Shown piece by piece: positions 31,077-40,718 of a stretch of 64,000 nucleotides of DNA (position 1 is the first letter of the stretch; each line of letters starts with the position of its first letter). Source of the stretch: Escherichia phage vB_EcoP-101114UKE3; sequence record NC_070982.1. The stretch is one strand, 5' to 3'. A program made the position numbers and the translations under genes. The notes under the pieces were generated by a model. It saw nothing but the letters and a program-made list of their open reading frames with translations. It was not told the DNA's origin and did not search any database.

Positions 31077-31552
31077 TCCAAAACCCTTTCTTCTAAATCA
31101 TAAAAGATTTGATTTGTCCCATTATTCTCAACAAGCACTGTTCCATTATCTAGCAGGGTAGCAACTTGGGAATAAGGAATGTTCTTTAACATCAGAGCAT
31201 TAATGGTCGGCTTGTTTTTGAAGTAAGCGACAGGCTCAACATAGAAGGAAATCCCACGACTTCCTTTAATTGGGGTGCTTGAAGATAGAACCCAAATTGT
31301 TTCTGGCTTGTCTATTTCCTTTTCAACACCAACCTCAACAAGAGAGTCAGCAGCGAAACCTACAGGACGCCTAGAAGAACCAAGCAACCGAACATATCCC
31401 GGTAATTTTGACATATTAGACCAACTACCAGTGTTTTCATTAAACACAGGTCTTACATCACCATATGCCCAAACCAGATTATCATAGTCACGGGCTATGT
31501 ATTTAACCCAATCAGGAACATCATACTCCCTTCCTTCAAAAATAGCTTTCAT
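31073..31552 (-). CDS. hypothetical protein
   Basis: 159-aa ORF. Confidence 0.4.
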   Translation of the reverse strand: MKAIFEGREYDVPDWVKYIARDYDNLVWAYGDVRPVFNENTGSWSNMSKLPGYVRLLGSSRRPVGFAADSLVEVGVEKEIDKPETIWVLSSSTPIKGSRGISFYVEPVAYFKNKPTINALMLKNIPYSQVATLLDNGTVLVENNGTNQIFYDLEERVLE

Positions 31553-31747
31553 TTAGATAACCTTGTGCTTATAGATGTTAGGGTTGTAGTAATGCAACCA
31601 GTTTATGTATTGTTTCTGTTCAAGGTAGTGTCTGCAATCATGACAAAAAGCATGACCCAAACCTGTTTCCTCGTTCAGCTTGAAGTTGATAAGAAGCTTC
31701 TGCTTTTGACAGAAGCTACATGCTTTAGTGGGCTTCACGTAATGCAT
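31553..31747 (-). CDS. small zinc-ribbon protein
   Basis: CSFC...CHDC cysteine pairs; start chosen to minimise overlap with ThyX. Confidence 0.35.
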   Translation of the reverse strand: MHYVKPTKACSFCQKQKLLINFKLNEETGLGHAFCHDCRHYLEQKQYINWLHYYNPNIYKHKVI

Positions 31748-32375
31748 CCCATGAGATTGGGAAAAGTTTACGAAGCTCTTCATCAACAGTTGATGCGAAC
31801 ACTCGTACTTCATACTGAGCATGGTCGGACAGTCGCTGACGACATAACTCTGACCAGCCATATAAAGAACCTGTCCACACCCACTCAGTGATCATACCTT
31901 GAGGTAGAACGAATCGGGCTTGCTCTGGAGCAATAAACTTAATCAACTCATCATATGACTCAAGAGCTGTTTCATATGCCCGATTAATCAGAACTAGTGC
32001 AGAGTTTTGCGCTCCCGTGGTGAGGAGATTCCCCGCACCTGCATGGAGGTCCGAAGGTCTTTCAAAAATCTCTTTAGGGATGAAGAGTTCAACTGCTCCA
32101 TCTTTATACCGCCGGGACATTTCGTTCCACGAGAATCCAACTTGATGCTTGCCCAGCTGTCTCGCAATTGCGATTGGCGCTTTGCATCGGAAGCTAATTG
32201 TCGGATGGCGGAATGGTGTGACATGCTTTTCTCTGGCAAGGAACTTGATAAGGCGTTCATCTCGTTCATTTAACTCTCCTTCACGAGTAACCCCAAAGGA
32301 AACTCGAGCTGCATTAACAACAGATTTATCAGAACCCATTGCTTCAATTAGTGTTGCTTGTAATTGTTCGTTCAT
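31725..32375 (-). CDS. thyX: flavin-dependent thymidylate synthase-like (ThyX)
   Basis: PFRHPTISFRCKAPIAIARQLGKHQVGFSWNEMSRRY aligns to ThyX signature region, with K-H-Q in place of R-H-R. Confidence 0.7.
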   Translation of the reverse strand: MNEQLQATLIEAMGSDKSVVNAARVSFGVTREGELNERDERLIKFLAREKHVTPFRHPTISFRCKAPIAIARQLGKHQVGFSWNEMSRRYKDGAVELFIPKEIFERPSDLHAGAGNLLTTGAQNSALVLINRAYETALESYDELIKFIAPEQARFVLPQGMITEWVWTGSLYGWSELCRQRLSDHAQYEVRVFASTVDEELRKLFPISWDALREAH

Positions 32376-32389
32376 CCTTGAATTCTTCC

Positions 32390-32605
32390 TTAGTAATGAA
32401 TCTTTTTATAAATCAGGTTGCTTCCACTTTCTGTTTCAATCCCTTTCTGGATTGTAATCTTAGAAGCACCGGTATTAGCAATTTTTAAAGCTCGTTTAAA
32501 GCGGCGAGCCTCTCTCCGTGTTGTGTATGAGGAGAAGCTAGGGATTGTACTATCAAAATTAAACCACTTAACTACCCAAAAAGTAATCCAAGGTTTCTTT
32601 TCCAT
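32390..32605 (-). CDS. small protein, TR(Q/R)EAR family paralog
   Basis: TRREARRFKRAL ... KKIHY shared with 34470..34685 and 34685..34897. Confidence 0.4.
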   Translation of the reverse strand: MEKKPWITFWVVKWFNFDSTIPSFSSYTTRREARRFKRALKIANTGASKITIQKGIETESGSNLIYKKIHY

Positions 32606-32606
32606 A

Positions 32607-32882
32607 TTAAATACCTTTCAGAGCTGTATCTAAAAACGCACGGAGGTTTGATTCAGTTTGCATACCGGACAAGCTGTAGTGAGCACCACTGTTCATGTTA
32701 GGAACCACAAAGGCTGGGATACTGCGAACACCATATTCAATGGCTCGCTCTCGACCATTACCTTCAGAGATATTTACTTCTTCAACTTCTACGTTGTAAT
32801 CAGCTACAACTTTCTTAAACACAGGAGCCATAGCTGCACACGGAGCACAGGAATTACTATAAAACTTAATTACTTTACTCAT
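32607..32882 (-). CDS. thioredoxin/glutaredoxin-like protein
   Basis: start MSKVIKF; CAPC active-site motif. Confidence 0.65.
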   Translation of the reverse strand: MSKVIKFYSNSCAPCAAMAPVFKKVVADYNVEVEEVNISEGNGRERAIEYGVRSIPAFVVPNMNSGAHYSLSGMQTESNLRAFLDTALKGI

Positions 32883-33072
32883 TTTATTCCTTGTTAATAA
32901 ACAGATTGATATGACGTTGGGTAGCAGGAACAACAATAAAAGATTTATACTGACCTTTTGCTAAGTCATGAGCAATCTTCTTTGTCTGACTAAGACCCAT
33001 TACACAGCCACTAACAATAATAGCATGTGCTTGTAGCTCTTCAGGTAGGTTTAGTTTCACTCTTTGGGTTCC

Positions 33073-33258
33073 TTATAGCATACAAAGAATAATAACAAGA
33101 GGTAGTGTTATAGCAAAATGTACCAGAACAACACTACCTAGCTTGATAGCTTTAACATCCTCTTCTGCTGGGTTTTCTTTAATTGCTAAATTTCGAGCTT
33201 TATATATAACAGTACCAACTATTAACGACCACACGGCCCACACAATCAGTGAAATCAT
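33073..33258 (-). CDS. small membrane protein (tandem paralog)
   Basis: two TM segments; similar to 33268..33489. Confidence 0.45.
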   Translation of the reverse strand: MISLIVWAVWSLIVGTVIYKARNLAIKENPAEEDVKAIKLGSVVLVHFAITLPLVIILCML

Positions 33259-33267
33259 ATCAAACCC

Positions 33268-33489
33268 TTATGCAGTCAACAGGTGGAGAAGGAAAGGAAT
33301 GACAACAGAGAAGACTACCAGAGCAATGCTGCCATGTTTAATGGGTTTAGCGTCATTCGGGTTCTCTTTAAGCATCTGTTTCTGAGCTACATAAACGATA
33401 CCGCCAACAAAAATTGCCCATACAGACCATACGATTGCTGAAAACATACTCATATCCTTATAAAGAAGTTCGCCCCACCTCTTGAACAA
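33268..33489 (-). CDS. small membrane protein (tandem paralog)
   Basis: two TM segments. Confidence 0.45.
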   Translation of the reverse strand: MFKRWGELLYKDMSMFSAIVWSVWAIFVGGIVYVAQKQMLKENPNDAKPIKHGSIALVVFSVVIPFLLHLLTA

Positions 33490-33510
33490 AGAGACAGGGC
33501 GGAGGTTTGA

Positions 33511-34086
33511 TTAGTAAGACACATCACCACTGGAGTGGGACATGTTGCTCTTGACGAAGTAACAGAACTTGCCAAGACCTTCATTAATTTCTTGAAGCAT
33601 ACTCTGGTCCACTGGATAGGTGCACAAGTCTGAATCAAACTCATCCATCTTCTCAATGATACACATAAGAGTCATGCACATGTCGGAAAGCATACCGTCC
33701 ATGTCAAGATCAGCGTTACCTTCTCGGAACCAAGCATGACCTAAATAATTACTAGCAGTAGCATCCACTTTAACACAATGAAAGCGCATACGCTCTGCTA
33801 TTCGGTCGCCTGCCTCACGAGCATAATCTTCTAGTTCATCGAACATACCATGAACACCTTGGAAACCAGCTCCAGAGACGTTCCAGTGGTAGTTCTTTGC
33901 TTTGATGTGTAGAAGTTCAAGGTTAGCTTGCACACCACACAAGATGTGTTCTAAGCTGTTACCGCTAATCAGTTTATTCATTCCCTCAAGACGAGAGATA
34001 GAAGAGTCAGTAGCAGAGAATGGGTTGCTAGAACCCACTCGTGTTAGTTCTGGTAAGTCGAAGACATTATTATGCATTAGGTGCAT
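33511..34086 (-). CDS. Dps/ferritin-like protein
   Basis: YHWNVSGAGFQGVHGMFDELEDYAREAGDRIAER matches Dps ferroxidase-site region. Confidence 0.55.
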   Translation of the reverse strand: MHLMHNNVFDLPELTRVGSSNPFSATDSSISRLEGMNKLISGNSLEHILCGVQANLELLHIKAKNYHWNVSGAGFQGVHGMFDELEDYAREAGDRIAERMRFHCVKVDATASNYLGHAWFREGNADLDMDGMLSDMCMTLMCIIEKMDEFDSDLCTYPVDQSMLQEINEGLGKFCYFVKSNMSHSSGDVSY

Positions 34087-34399
34087 CCCCTTCTAAGTTA
34101 GTTGAATTAGCTACATTACGAGCAATGTTATCCATGACCTGCTGTGTAATAACAATGCAATTCTGAGGGTCTACTGATTTAGAACGCCCCATCTCAGGGT
34201 CATAGACTTTGACTCGCTTGGCTGTTGAGCCAGTAACTTGCAACACTTTGAGAAGATAGCCTTGGTTTCCAATAGACCATGCAACAACATCACGATTCTT
34301 GATATAACGACCAAGCATGTCACGATGATAGAACTGCTGCATAACTTTAGCTTTGCTAATCTCTTCAGATGGCGGGGCCACTTTACTCAAATCTAACAT
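34070..34399 (-). CDS. hypothetical protein
   Basis: second ATG (MLDLSKV, 34399) has AGGAG SD; promoter motif just upstream. Confidence 0.4.
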   Translation of the reverse strand: MLDLSKVAPPSEEISKAKVMQQFYHRDMLGRYIKNRDVVAWSIGNQGYLLKVLQVTGSTAKRVKVYDPEMGRSKSVDPQNCIVITQQVMDNIARNVANSTNLEGDAPNA

Positions 34400-34435
34400 A
34401 ACTCTCTCCTGTTTCATACAATATTCTTATACTGT

Positions 34436-34446
34436 ATATACATTTG
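34436..34446 (-). promoter_or_regulatory. promoter-like motif AAATGTATATA
   Basis: about 37 nt upstream of start at 34399. Confidence 0.45.
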
Positions 34447-34469
34447 AGAGTTATCATATCTACTACCAA

Positions 34470-34685
34470 CTAGTAATAAACCTTGCTGGATATGAATCCA
34501 GCACTGTTATGGATATTTTCAATCCAACGATGAATCTCCACCTTTTCAGCGATTCCTAAAGCTTTTGTAGCTTTTATAGTTTTCTTAGCAAGACGAGCCT
34601 CTTGTCTTGTGTTGAATAATTGAATACAATCACCACCAAGAGCTTTGTTAGCCCATTTAGTACGAACTGCCCATAATTTATCCAT
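34470..34685 (-). CDS. small protein, TR(Q/R)EAR family paralog
   Basis: NTRQEARLAKK. Confidence 0.4.
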   Translation of the reverse strand: MDKLWAVRTKWANKALGGDCIQLFNTRQEARLAKKTIKATKALGIAEKVEIHRWIENIHNSAGFISSKVYY

Positions 34686-34897
34686 TAGTAATGTACCTTT
34701 CCGCTGATATAGAAACGACCTGATTTAAAGTCTTGAGCTTTGTGGATAGTGATCTTATTAATTGTGCTTTCACAACTTAATAAGAACTTCTTATGAGCGC
34801 GAGCTTCTTGACGGGTATTCCTAATACCCATTGACTCTGTACCACTGCTCCAGTGAATACGAACTACCCAACGTCTTTTCATTGTTCCAAACTCCAC
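34685..34897 (-). CDS. small protein, TR(Q/R)EAR family paralog
   Basis: NTRQEARAHKK. Confidence 0.4.
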   Translation of the reverse strand: MEFGTMKRRWVVRIHWSSGTESMGIRNTRQEARAHKKFLLSCESTINKITIHKAQDFKSGRFYISGKVHY

Positions 34898-35088
34898 TAT
34901 CTGTCAACCGATTTAGGGACAAACTGCATTACACAGACCTGACTACGAGGGAGATTTATTTCACAAGCGGCTCTTCTCGTCTCAATCTTAACGCTAGAAT
35001 CTGGACCAACGTTAGATATAAATACTCCCATAGCAAATGCCCCAACTACAAAACCTATAGCTAAGTAAGTAGCTTTTTCTTCTTTCAT
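34897..35088 (-). CDS. small membrane protein
   Basis: TM segment LAIGFVVGAFAMGVFI. Confidence 0.35.
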   Translation of the reverse strand: MKEEKATYLAIGFVVGAFAMGVFISNVGPDSSVKIETRRAACEINLPRSQVCVMQFVPKSVDR

Positions 35089-35093
35089 CTTGG

Positions 35094-35627
35094 TTATACA
35101 CCCTTAGATGCAACTACACCATTACTGCCGTTGTATCGACCCTTCACTGCATAAGAGTCATCACCAGCGTGAGAGTGTTCGAACATAACCATTTGACCAA
35201 CACGCATCCCAGCACGAACTCGTAAGCTATGATTATGGGTAACGTTATGAAATTCAAAGGTTAGTTTACTGCTGTTAAACCCTGCATCAGCCCAACCAGC
35301 ATGGAGGTGGTTTAAACCACAACGAGCCATTGAGGAGCGAAGTACAAACAGGCTTGAGATGTTATCTGGAAGGTTAAACTCTTCCATTGAGTGCGCTAAG
35401 AAGAATTGCCCCGGAGTGATAACAATACCATCTTCAGGGATTTTTACTTCTTTCCACTTGAGGTTTTCTTTAGCATCAATGTCAACAATTCCGTCAGCCT
35501 GTTCTTCAACAAGGATAGTATCACCAATACGGATATCCACGCTAGCAGCGTTAACATATTTATGCTCCGCATCTAAAAAGCCATTATCAATAACGCTGTG
35601 TAATTCTTGAGAACCTAAAAGACTCAT
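35094..35627 (-). CDS. dcd: dCTP deaminase (dUTPase-fold)
   Basis: HAGWADAGFNSSKLTFEFHN motif. Confidence 0.7.
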   Translation of the reverse strand: MSLLGSQELHSVIDNGFLDAEHKYVNAASVDIRIGDTILVEEQADGIVDIDAKENLKWKEVKIPEDGIVITPGQFFLAHSMEEFNLPDNISSLFVLRSSMARCGLNHLHAGWADAGFNSSKLTFEFHNVTHNHSLRVRAGMRVGQMVMFEHSHAGDDSYAVKGRYNGSNGVVASKGV

Positions 35628-37087
35628 GAGTTTCTGTTTCCTTGTACAGATGATGCCAAATTATTAATCATGTTACGAGCTGTTTCACGAGATAGTGTAA
35701 CACCTGCTAAGTTGTTATGAAGCTCACCAGATAGCTCACGAGCAGCAGCTCGAAGTTCTGTACCAAGTGTAGTATCGGAGTGAGCCAAACCATTACGACG
35801 ACTATAAGGTCGAGGAGCTTCGTTAGCGTCATTAGCCAATGATGCAAAACCAATATGAGCAGCTTCACGAGACGCTATAGTTGACACTCGATCTTCCGTA
35901 GGGGTTGGCAAATCACCAACTTCTACACGTTCTATATCACCAGCACGTAGACCCTGAACGACTGAGCTTACTGTTTCCCATGAACGACGAGAACGCTGTA
36001 AATCACCCATTGACGGAGAAGAAGCAGGTCGAACAGTTACTCCACCTGTATCATGAGTGACATGCCATGTACGAGTATCCATTCCAGAAGAGCGTGCACT
36101 ACCAAAACTGCCAGTGAAAGTGTCACGAGGTGCCATTGTAGGAGGAACTGCGAATCTTTCCTGTTGCCAAGAATCGCGTCTGTTAGTTCCCGGAGTCCAA
36201 GGCTGCGTGATTGCTTCAGCACCTATAGTGGTTAATCCGCTAGACCATTCTGTCTGTAGGTTAACTTCCTCGTCCAGATAACTACGACCCCTTTCCTGAG
36301 GAATGTTTAATATAGTTTCCATCATCTTCAGGGTATAATGACGACGCTGATTCTGATATAAATTTACACCAGCCATAGGTCCAACTAAATCACTAATCAG
36401 GTGAACTTCTGGCTCACCGAAAGCTCCCATTGCAAGGTGCATATATTCGGTAGAACTGCTATAAACTGCAACAGTTGCTTCAGGCCACTTCTTGTGAACA
36501 TACTTCATTTCACGACCAGATACCACAGGAATGTCACGAGTGTATGACATTGCAAACAAACCTTCGTTTGACACATACATGTCATCAAGAGACATGAACC
36601 CCTGACAGATCATAGGAAAGCGACGGCTTAAAGTATCCATATCCAAAGGTAGATTAATCATCATCTGGATTTTAACTTGATCAATCTCAATTTCCAGAAT
36701 CTCTTGGAAAGTGAAAAGTGCTTCAGCGTAAGTTGTCCCACTAACAGGCTGAACTAGGCGAGATGTAGTTTGAAGCCCTTTACTCTCTGTCCAAGACAAG
36801 AAGTTGTCAAGGAACAGTGCAGCATTCATCACGTTAGCAGGGTTGTTTTCCTGACGGGTGTTCCAACGAAACCCTCCTTGGACTAGGAAGATATCCACAT
36901 CATTCGGAGTTCGGTTCTGGAAGAACGTATCACGGATAGCACCACCTGCAATAACAGGGTAGATACCATCAGGAACTACGTTGTCTCTGATCAGATTGCG
37001 AATCAGATCAAGCCCTACGCTGAGGGCTTCTCCTTCTTGAAGGTTTAATTCAGACAATGGAATCTTAATCATTTCTACATTTTCCAA
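35624..37087 (-). CDS. nucleotidyltransferase (CCA-adding/poly(A)-polymerase-type head) with low-complexity C-terminal half
   Basis: [10 protein letters not shown]...DVDIFLV polymerase-beta-type NTase motifs; C-terminal 230 aa S/T/R/A-rich. Confidence 0.5.
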   Translation of the reverse strand: MENVEMIKIPLSELNLQEGEALSVGLDLIRNLIRDNVVPDGIYPVIAGGAIRDTFFQNRTPNDVDIFLVQGGFRWNTRQENNPANVMNAALFLDNFLSWTESKGLQTTSRLVQPVSGTTYAEALFTFQEILEIEIDQVKIQMMINLPLDMDTLSRRFPMICQGFMSLDDMYVSNEGLFAMSYTRDIPVVSGREMKYVHKKWPEATVAVYSSSTEYMHLAMGAFGEPEVHLISDLVGPMAGVNLYQNQRRHYTLKMMETILNIPQERGRSYLDEEVNLQTEWSSGLTTIGAEAITQPWTPGTNRRDSWQQERFAVPPTMAPRDTFTGSFGSARSSGMDTRTWHVTHDTGGVTVRPASSPSMGDLQRSRRSWETVSSVVQGLRAGDIERVEVGDLPTPTEDRVSTIASREAAHIGFASLANDANEAPRPYSRRNGLAHSDTTLGTELRAAARELSGELHNNLAGVTLSRETARNMINNLASSVQGNRNS

Positions 37088-37623
37088 TTTAGAGATGGGG
37101 GATTCTTATAATCAAATCCAGCCATTTGGCAAAGACACATGTAAACCTTAACTGTCAAGTTAACGTCTTGCTCACAATACGTGAACATGTCTTCAGTGAA
37201 TGCATCCCATGCTTCTTCCTGTTCACCATAATCACCCTTCAGCTCTCCCAGAAATTCGCCCCATTGCTTGAGGCCATGACCGCGAGGGCCATGTCTAGGG
37301 TCGCCTTTGGGGTATTCTGGACTATCACCAATACGGTCAGGCTTGAGATATCTACTCAGGCACAAAGTATCGAAGACGTTAAAGCGAAAAGGTATCACAT
37401 GAGAATAAAACTTAAACAAAGCAGGAAGGTCAAAATCAATAATATTGTGACCTATTACTACATCAGCTTCTTTCAGTTTGTGTAGTGCTTCTTCAATTTG
37501 GTGAGGGCGATACCCCCACCGCTCTCCAGATAATACATCAAATATCCAGATACACCAGACATTCTGAATACCATCATAGAGATTATCACCCTCGATATCA
37601 AACGCATACAGTTTCTTTACCAC
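37075..37623 (-). CDS. DnaQ-like 3'-5' exonuclease (stand-alone)
   Basis: Exo I YAFDIEGD, Exo II HNIIDFD, Exo III YCEQD. Confidence 0.6.
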   Translation of the reverse strand: MVKKLYAFDIEGDNLYDGIQNVWCIWIFDVLSGERWGYRPHQIEEALHKLKEADVVIGHNIIDFDLPALFKFYSHVIPFRFNVFDTLCLSRYLKPDRIGDSPEYPKGDPRHGPRGHGLKQWGEFLGELKGDYGEQEEAWDAFTEDMFTYCEQDVNLTVKVYMCLCQMAGFDYKNPPSLNWKM

Positions 37624-39407
37624 GGACGTGCCTCCCCTTCCTGTGCAAGTAAGGAAGCTGCATCCTCTCCATTGGTAACGGTAAAAGGATGCTCTTCATC
37701 AACTTCATGATCTTCTCGTTCTACAAGACGACCTGTTTCGTTAATGTATTTGGTATAGCAAACCCCTGTCTGTCCATAGTTACGCTCTTTGAGCAGTCGT
37801 ATGATTGACAAGTTTTTACCTAACCCATCCGCTTGTTTGTTACGTTCAAAACCAATAATACACTGACACCAGCGCATCAATGAACGTGAACCAGTAAACT
37901 GTACTTCTTTAACCTGACCACCTTCTTCGTGAGGTGCACCACCTGCCGGAGCGTTCAAGTGAGATAATACAAAAGCAGTGAAGTCTAATTCCTTACACAT
38001 ACCAGCAAGCTCTGAAGCAATCTTGCTGATTTCTGTGTTTACCTCAGATGGGGTTAAGTGAGATACCAATGCAGTGATGTTATCAAGAATGATAAATTTA
38101 CACTGATTCTCAACTACCCAAAAGCGAATACACTGCTTAATGTCTTCCCACTCGTTCTGCCCAAAGTTGTCATACAAGAAAAACTTATCAGCGTATCGAA
38201 GTGCTTCATCTCGTAGCTGGCTTTCTTCGTACTCAACATCTGGTCGGTGGAATGGAATAGATGCAGATTTACCTGCAATGTTCTTAACAGACATGCCTAC
38301 CTTCTCTTCCAAGAAGAAGCCACCACCATTAAAACCATGCTCAAGGCAAAGCCATGCTACTAGTTCGTGTGCGATTAAGGTTTTACCTGAACCAACACCA
38401 CCGCCGATTGCAACCATCTCTCCCCAACGAATACCAAAGGTCATGTCGTTAAGAGTTTTCCACGGATAAGGAATACCCCATTCCGCTTTCTTCAGAGCAT
38501 CTTCGAGGCAATCAAAAACTGTAACAGCTCCAGCAGGAGATTCCCGCTTAGCTGAATATTTCAGATTGTTGAAAAGCTCTTGACCTCTCCCTGCAAGTAA
38601 CATGTCGTTTGCATCTTTGATTTCCTTTTCTTGTCCGTTATAAGTGAACGTACCTTTTGGAATCCTTGCAAACTTAACATGCGGGTACAGAGAACGACCC
38701 TTAGTTAAAGCAATCTCACCTGCATCATCATTGTCCATGCAGAGTACAATCTCCTCGAAACCATTAATAAAATCACGGTTTCTTGATAATACAGAAGAGA
38801 TTGAACCTGCACCGAACGGAAGAGAGACGCAAGCAGGTTTGATGTTAGTTGCGTTTGTAAACGCGGTAAGTACGTGGAACCCAGACATACAAGAGAGAGG
38901 ATCTTCAAAGATGAAGAGTTTCTTGTTGTATACGTCACCACGTTGTGCTTGAGCCATACCAAACAAGTCGGCTTCTTTCACATTACCTACATAATAGAAC
39001 TTCTTGCTGTCTAGAAGTTTTACTTCATATCCAACAATGTTCCCATCACGTTCACGAGGGAAGAAGTAGCTGTCAGGAGTTTGACCATCTGTTTGGCTTA
39101 AACCGATACGGCATCCATAACGTTCAGATACAGCTTTAGGAATTAAGCGACGAGTCAACTCTCCCTGAGGAAGCTCTAAGCAATCGTCTAAGACTTCTCG
39201 GAGTTCTTCAGGGGACAGCTCTTTCTTTTCATTAGGAGTGGGCGTCGTTCCTTTCTCGAAGATTTCATACGCACCACATCTGTTACATGAACCCCACTCC
39301 TCACCGGACTCTTCATTTCGGAAGAGAATCATGTGATTGCGGGTCTTATCACGACCATGAGAGATACACTCTTTACAGCCTGTGTCTCCCAAAATGATCT
39401 TTGACAT
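37617..39407 (-). CDS. primase-helicase
   Basis: N-terminal Cys4 zinc ribbon, [13 protein letters not shown], Walker [10 protein letters not shown]. Confidence 0.85.
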   Translation of the reverse strand: MSKIILGDTGCKECISHGRDKTRNHMILFRNEESGEEWGSCNRCGAYEIFEKGTTPTPNEKKELSPEELREVLDDCLELPQGELTRRLIPKAVSERYGCRIGLSQTDGQTPDSYFFPRERDGNIVGYEVKLLDSKKFYYVGNVKEADLFGMAQAQRGDVYNKKLFIFEDPLSCMSGFHVLTAFTNATNIKPACVSLPFGAGSISSVLSRNRDFINGFEEIVLCMDNDDAGEIALTKGRSLYPHVKFARIPKGTFTYNGQEKEIKDANDMLLAGRGQELFNNLKYSAKRESPAGAVTVFDCLEDALKKAEWGIPYPWKTLNDMTFGIRWGEMVAIGGGVGSGKTLIAHELVAWLCLEHGFNGGGFFLEEKVGMSVKNIAGKSASIPFHRPDVEYEESQLRDEALRYADKFFLYDNFGQNEWEDIKQCIRFWVVENQCKFIILDNITALVSHLTPSEVNTEISKIASELAGMCKELDFTAFVLSHLNAPAGGAPHEEGGQVKEVQFTGSRSLMRWCQCIIGFERNKQADGLGKNLSIIRLLKERNYGQTGVCYTKYINETGRLVEREDHEVDEEHPFTVTNGEDAASLLAQEGEARPW

Positions 39408-39442
39408 GCTCTATCCTCCTTGGAATTCCTTGAGCAATCTTC

Positions 39443-39650
39443 TTAGTAAAACGATCGTATTTCTTCCCACACATCATCTTGCAAGTTTCTAAAACCCTGC
39501 AAGGTTTGCTTTGTTCTGTGAATAAATTCTTCAGAGTGCTTATCAGGTGTGAGCATACTGACAAACTTTTCATAGCGATTAATCTTCCACCGCATCTTCA
39601 AGTAGTCAGATTCCAGCTTTCTTAACTTCTGCCTGTCAGTTACTGTCATC
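39443..39650 (-). CDS. hypothetical protein
   Basis: start MTVTDRQ at 39650; track start 39745 would overlap GGCT gene. Confidence 0.3.
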
Positions 39651-40067
39651 CTTCTCACCTGCCAGATATGCTGTCCAGTCACCAGATTCAACCAGAACAT
39701 CTTGTTCTTCGTCGATGTGATAAATCCACGCTTCCACAGTTTCACCGCTGTCCAATAATACTGGAATCAGTGTACGCTTGTAAAAGGTGTATGGGTTATC
39801 ATTACCACGATGACCTTCCAGACCGTCATACGGACCTTCCAGACCAGCTTGGGTTGTTTCAAAGACTTCTACACGAACAGGCTTACCATTGCTGTCATGC
39901 TCCAAAGATACACTTGGGAAGTATGCTGTGCAATACTGATACAGGTTACAGTTGTTTACTGTCCACCCTTCACCAATAGACACACCACCTGCACGAGCAT
40001 TGATAGCGTGGTTGTGTTGACCTTTACGAAGAGAACCATACGTTGCAACTAATACTTTATCAGACAT
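39636..40067 (-). CDS. gamma-glutamyl cyclotransferase-like (AIG2/GGCT fold)
   Basis: N-terminal VATYGSLRKG motif. Confidence 0.6.
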   Translation of the reverse strand: MSDKVLVATYGSLRKGQHNHAINARAGGVSIGEGWTVNNCNLYQYCTAYFPSVSLEHDSNGKPVRVEVFETTQAGLEGPYDGLEGHRGNDNPYTFYKRTLIPVLLDSGETVEAWIYHIDEEQDVLVESGDWTAYLAGEKDDSN

Positions 40068-40071
40068 TACA

Positions 40072-40269
40072 TTACCTTTTGTTTAAAATTTCTTTTGTAC
40101 AAGAAGTCCCGTTACACACGAGAACTGTTTGAGTTATAGAATCGACAACTGTTACATGGCTGCCGCATTGAGTTATGATTTGACCTCTCCCTGAATCTTT
40201 AGAGATGCATTCATCAGCGGCGATCGCTGACACACTGAATAAGGAGAGGAAAAATAGAATCTTTTTCAT
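40072..40269 (-). CDS. small secreted Cys-rich protein
   Basis: signal peptide MKKILFFLSLFSVSAIAA; 6 Cys in mature part. Confidence 0.4.
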   Translation of the reverse strand: MKKILFFLSLFSVSAIAADECISKDSGRGQIITQCGSHVTVVDSITQTVLVCNGTSCTKEILNKR

Positions 40270-40275
40270 GGCTGC

Positions 40276-40692
40276 TTACCAATCATGTTGGAAACCAGAA
40301 TATCCAGAGAAGATGATTGATCGGATTGGCTTTTCAGGGAATCCTTCAAAACATCCCTTAATGGCTTTCTTGGTTTCATCAGAAATTGACTCTTTTTCAC
40401 CAAACCAATATTCTTCAAAAATATCAGAGAAGATATAAGTTCGGTATCTTTCCAAGTCATAAAAACCTTCCACTGCACTTGTAACAGCTCTACTAATTAC
40501 ACTTGAAGCTACAGGAAATAAGTCACCGTGTTCCAGAAACAAGCACCAACGATCAAAGAGAGGAATCTCTTCATCTTTCAGAAGACTTTCTAACTCTTCC
40601 TTTGCCTCTTTCTTGTGCTTCTCAAAGAGGTTTTTGGAATACTCTACATCTAAGATACGACTTTTAAACATATCCAGTTTATTATTAACCAT
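40276..40692 (-). CDS. hypothetical protein
   Basis: 138-aa ORF. Confidence 0.4.
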   Translation of the reverse strand: MVNNKLDMFKSRILDVEYSKNLFEKHKKEAKEELESLLKDEEIPLFDRWCLFLEHGDLFPVASSVISRAVTSAVEGFYDLERYRTYIFSDIFEEYWFGEKESISDETKKAIKGCFEGFPEKPIRSIIFSGYSGFQHDW

Positions 40693-40718
40693 TTTACAAC
40701 CTCTAGTTAAATTCGAAC

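Noticed and set aside
31725-32375. ThyX homolog acting as a pyrimidine hydroxymethylase for DNA hypermodification
   Set aside because: Known hydroxymethylases are ThyA-like, not ThyX-like, and no glycosyltransferase or base-kinase genes were seen; kept only as a low-weight possibility under the ThyX finding.
39373-39573. 66-aa ORF overlapping the primase-helicase start
   Set aside because: Overlaps two better-supported genes and lacks a ribosome-binding site.
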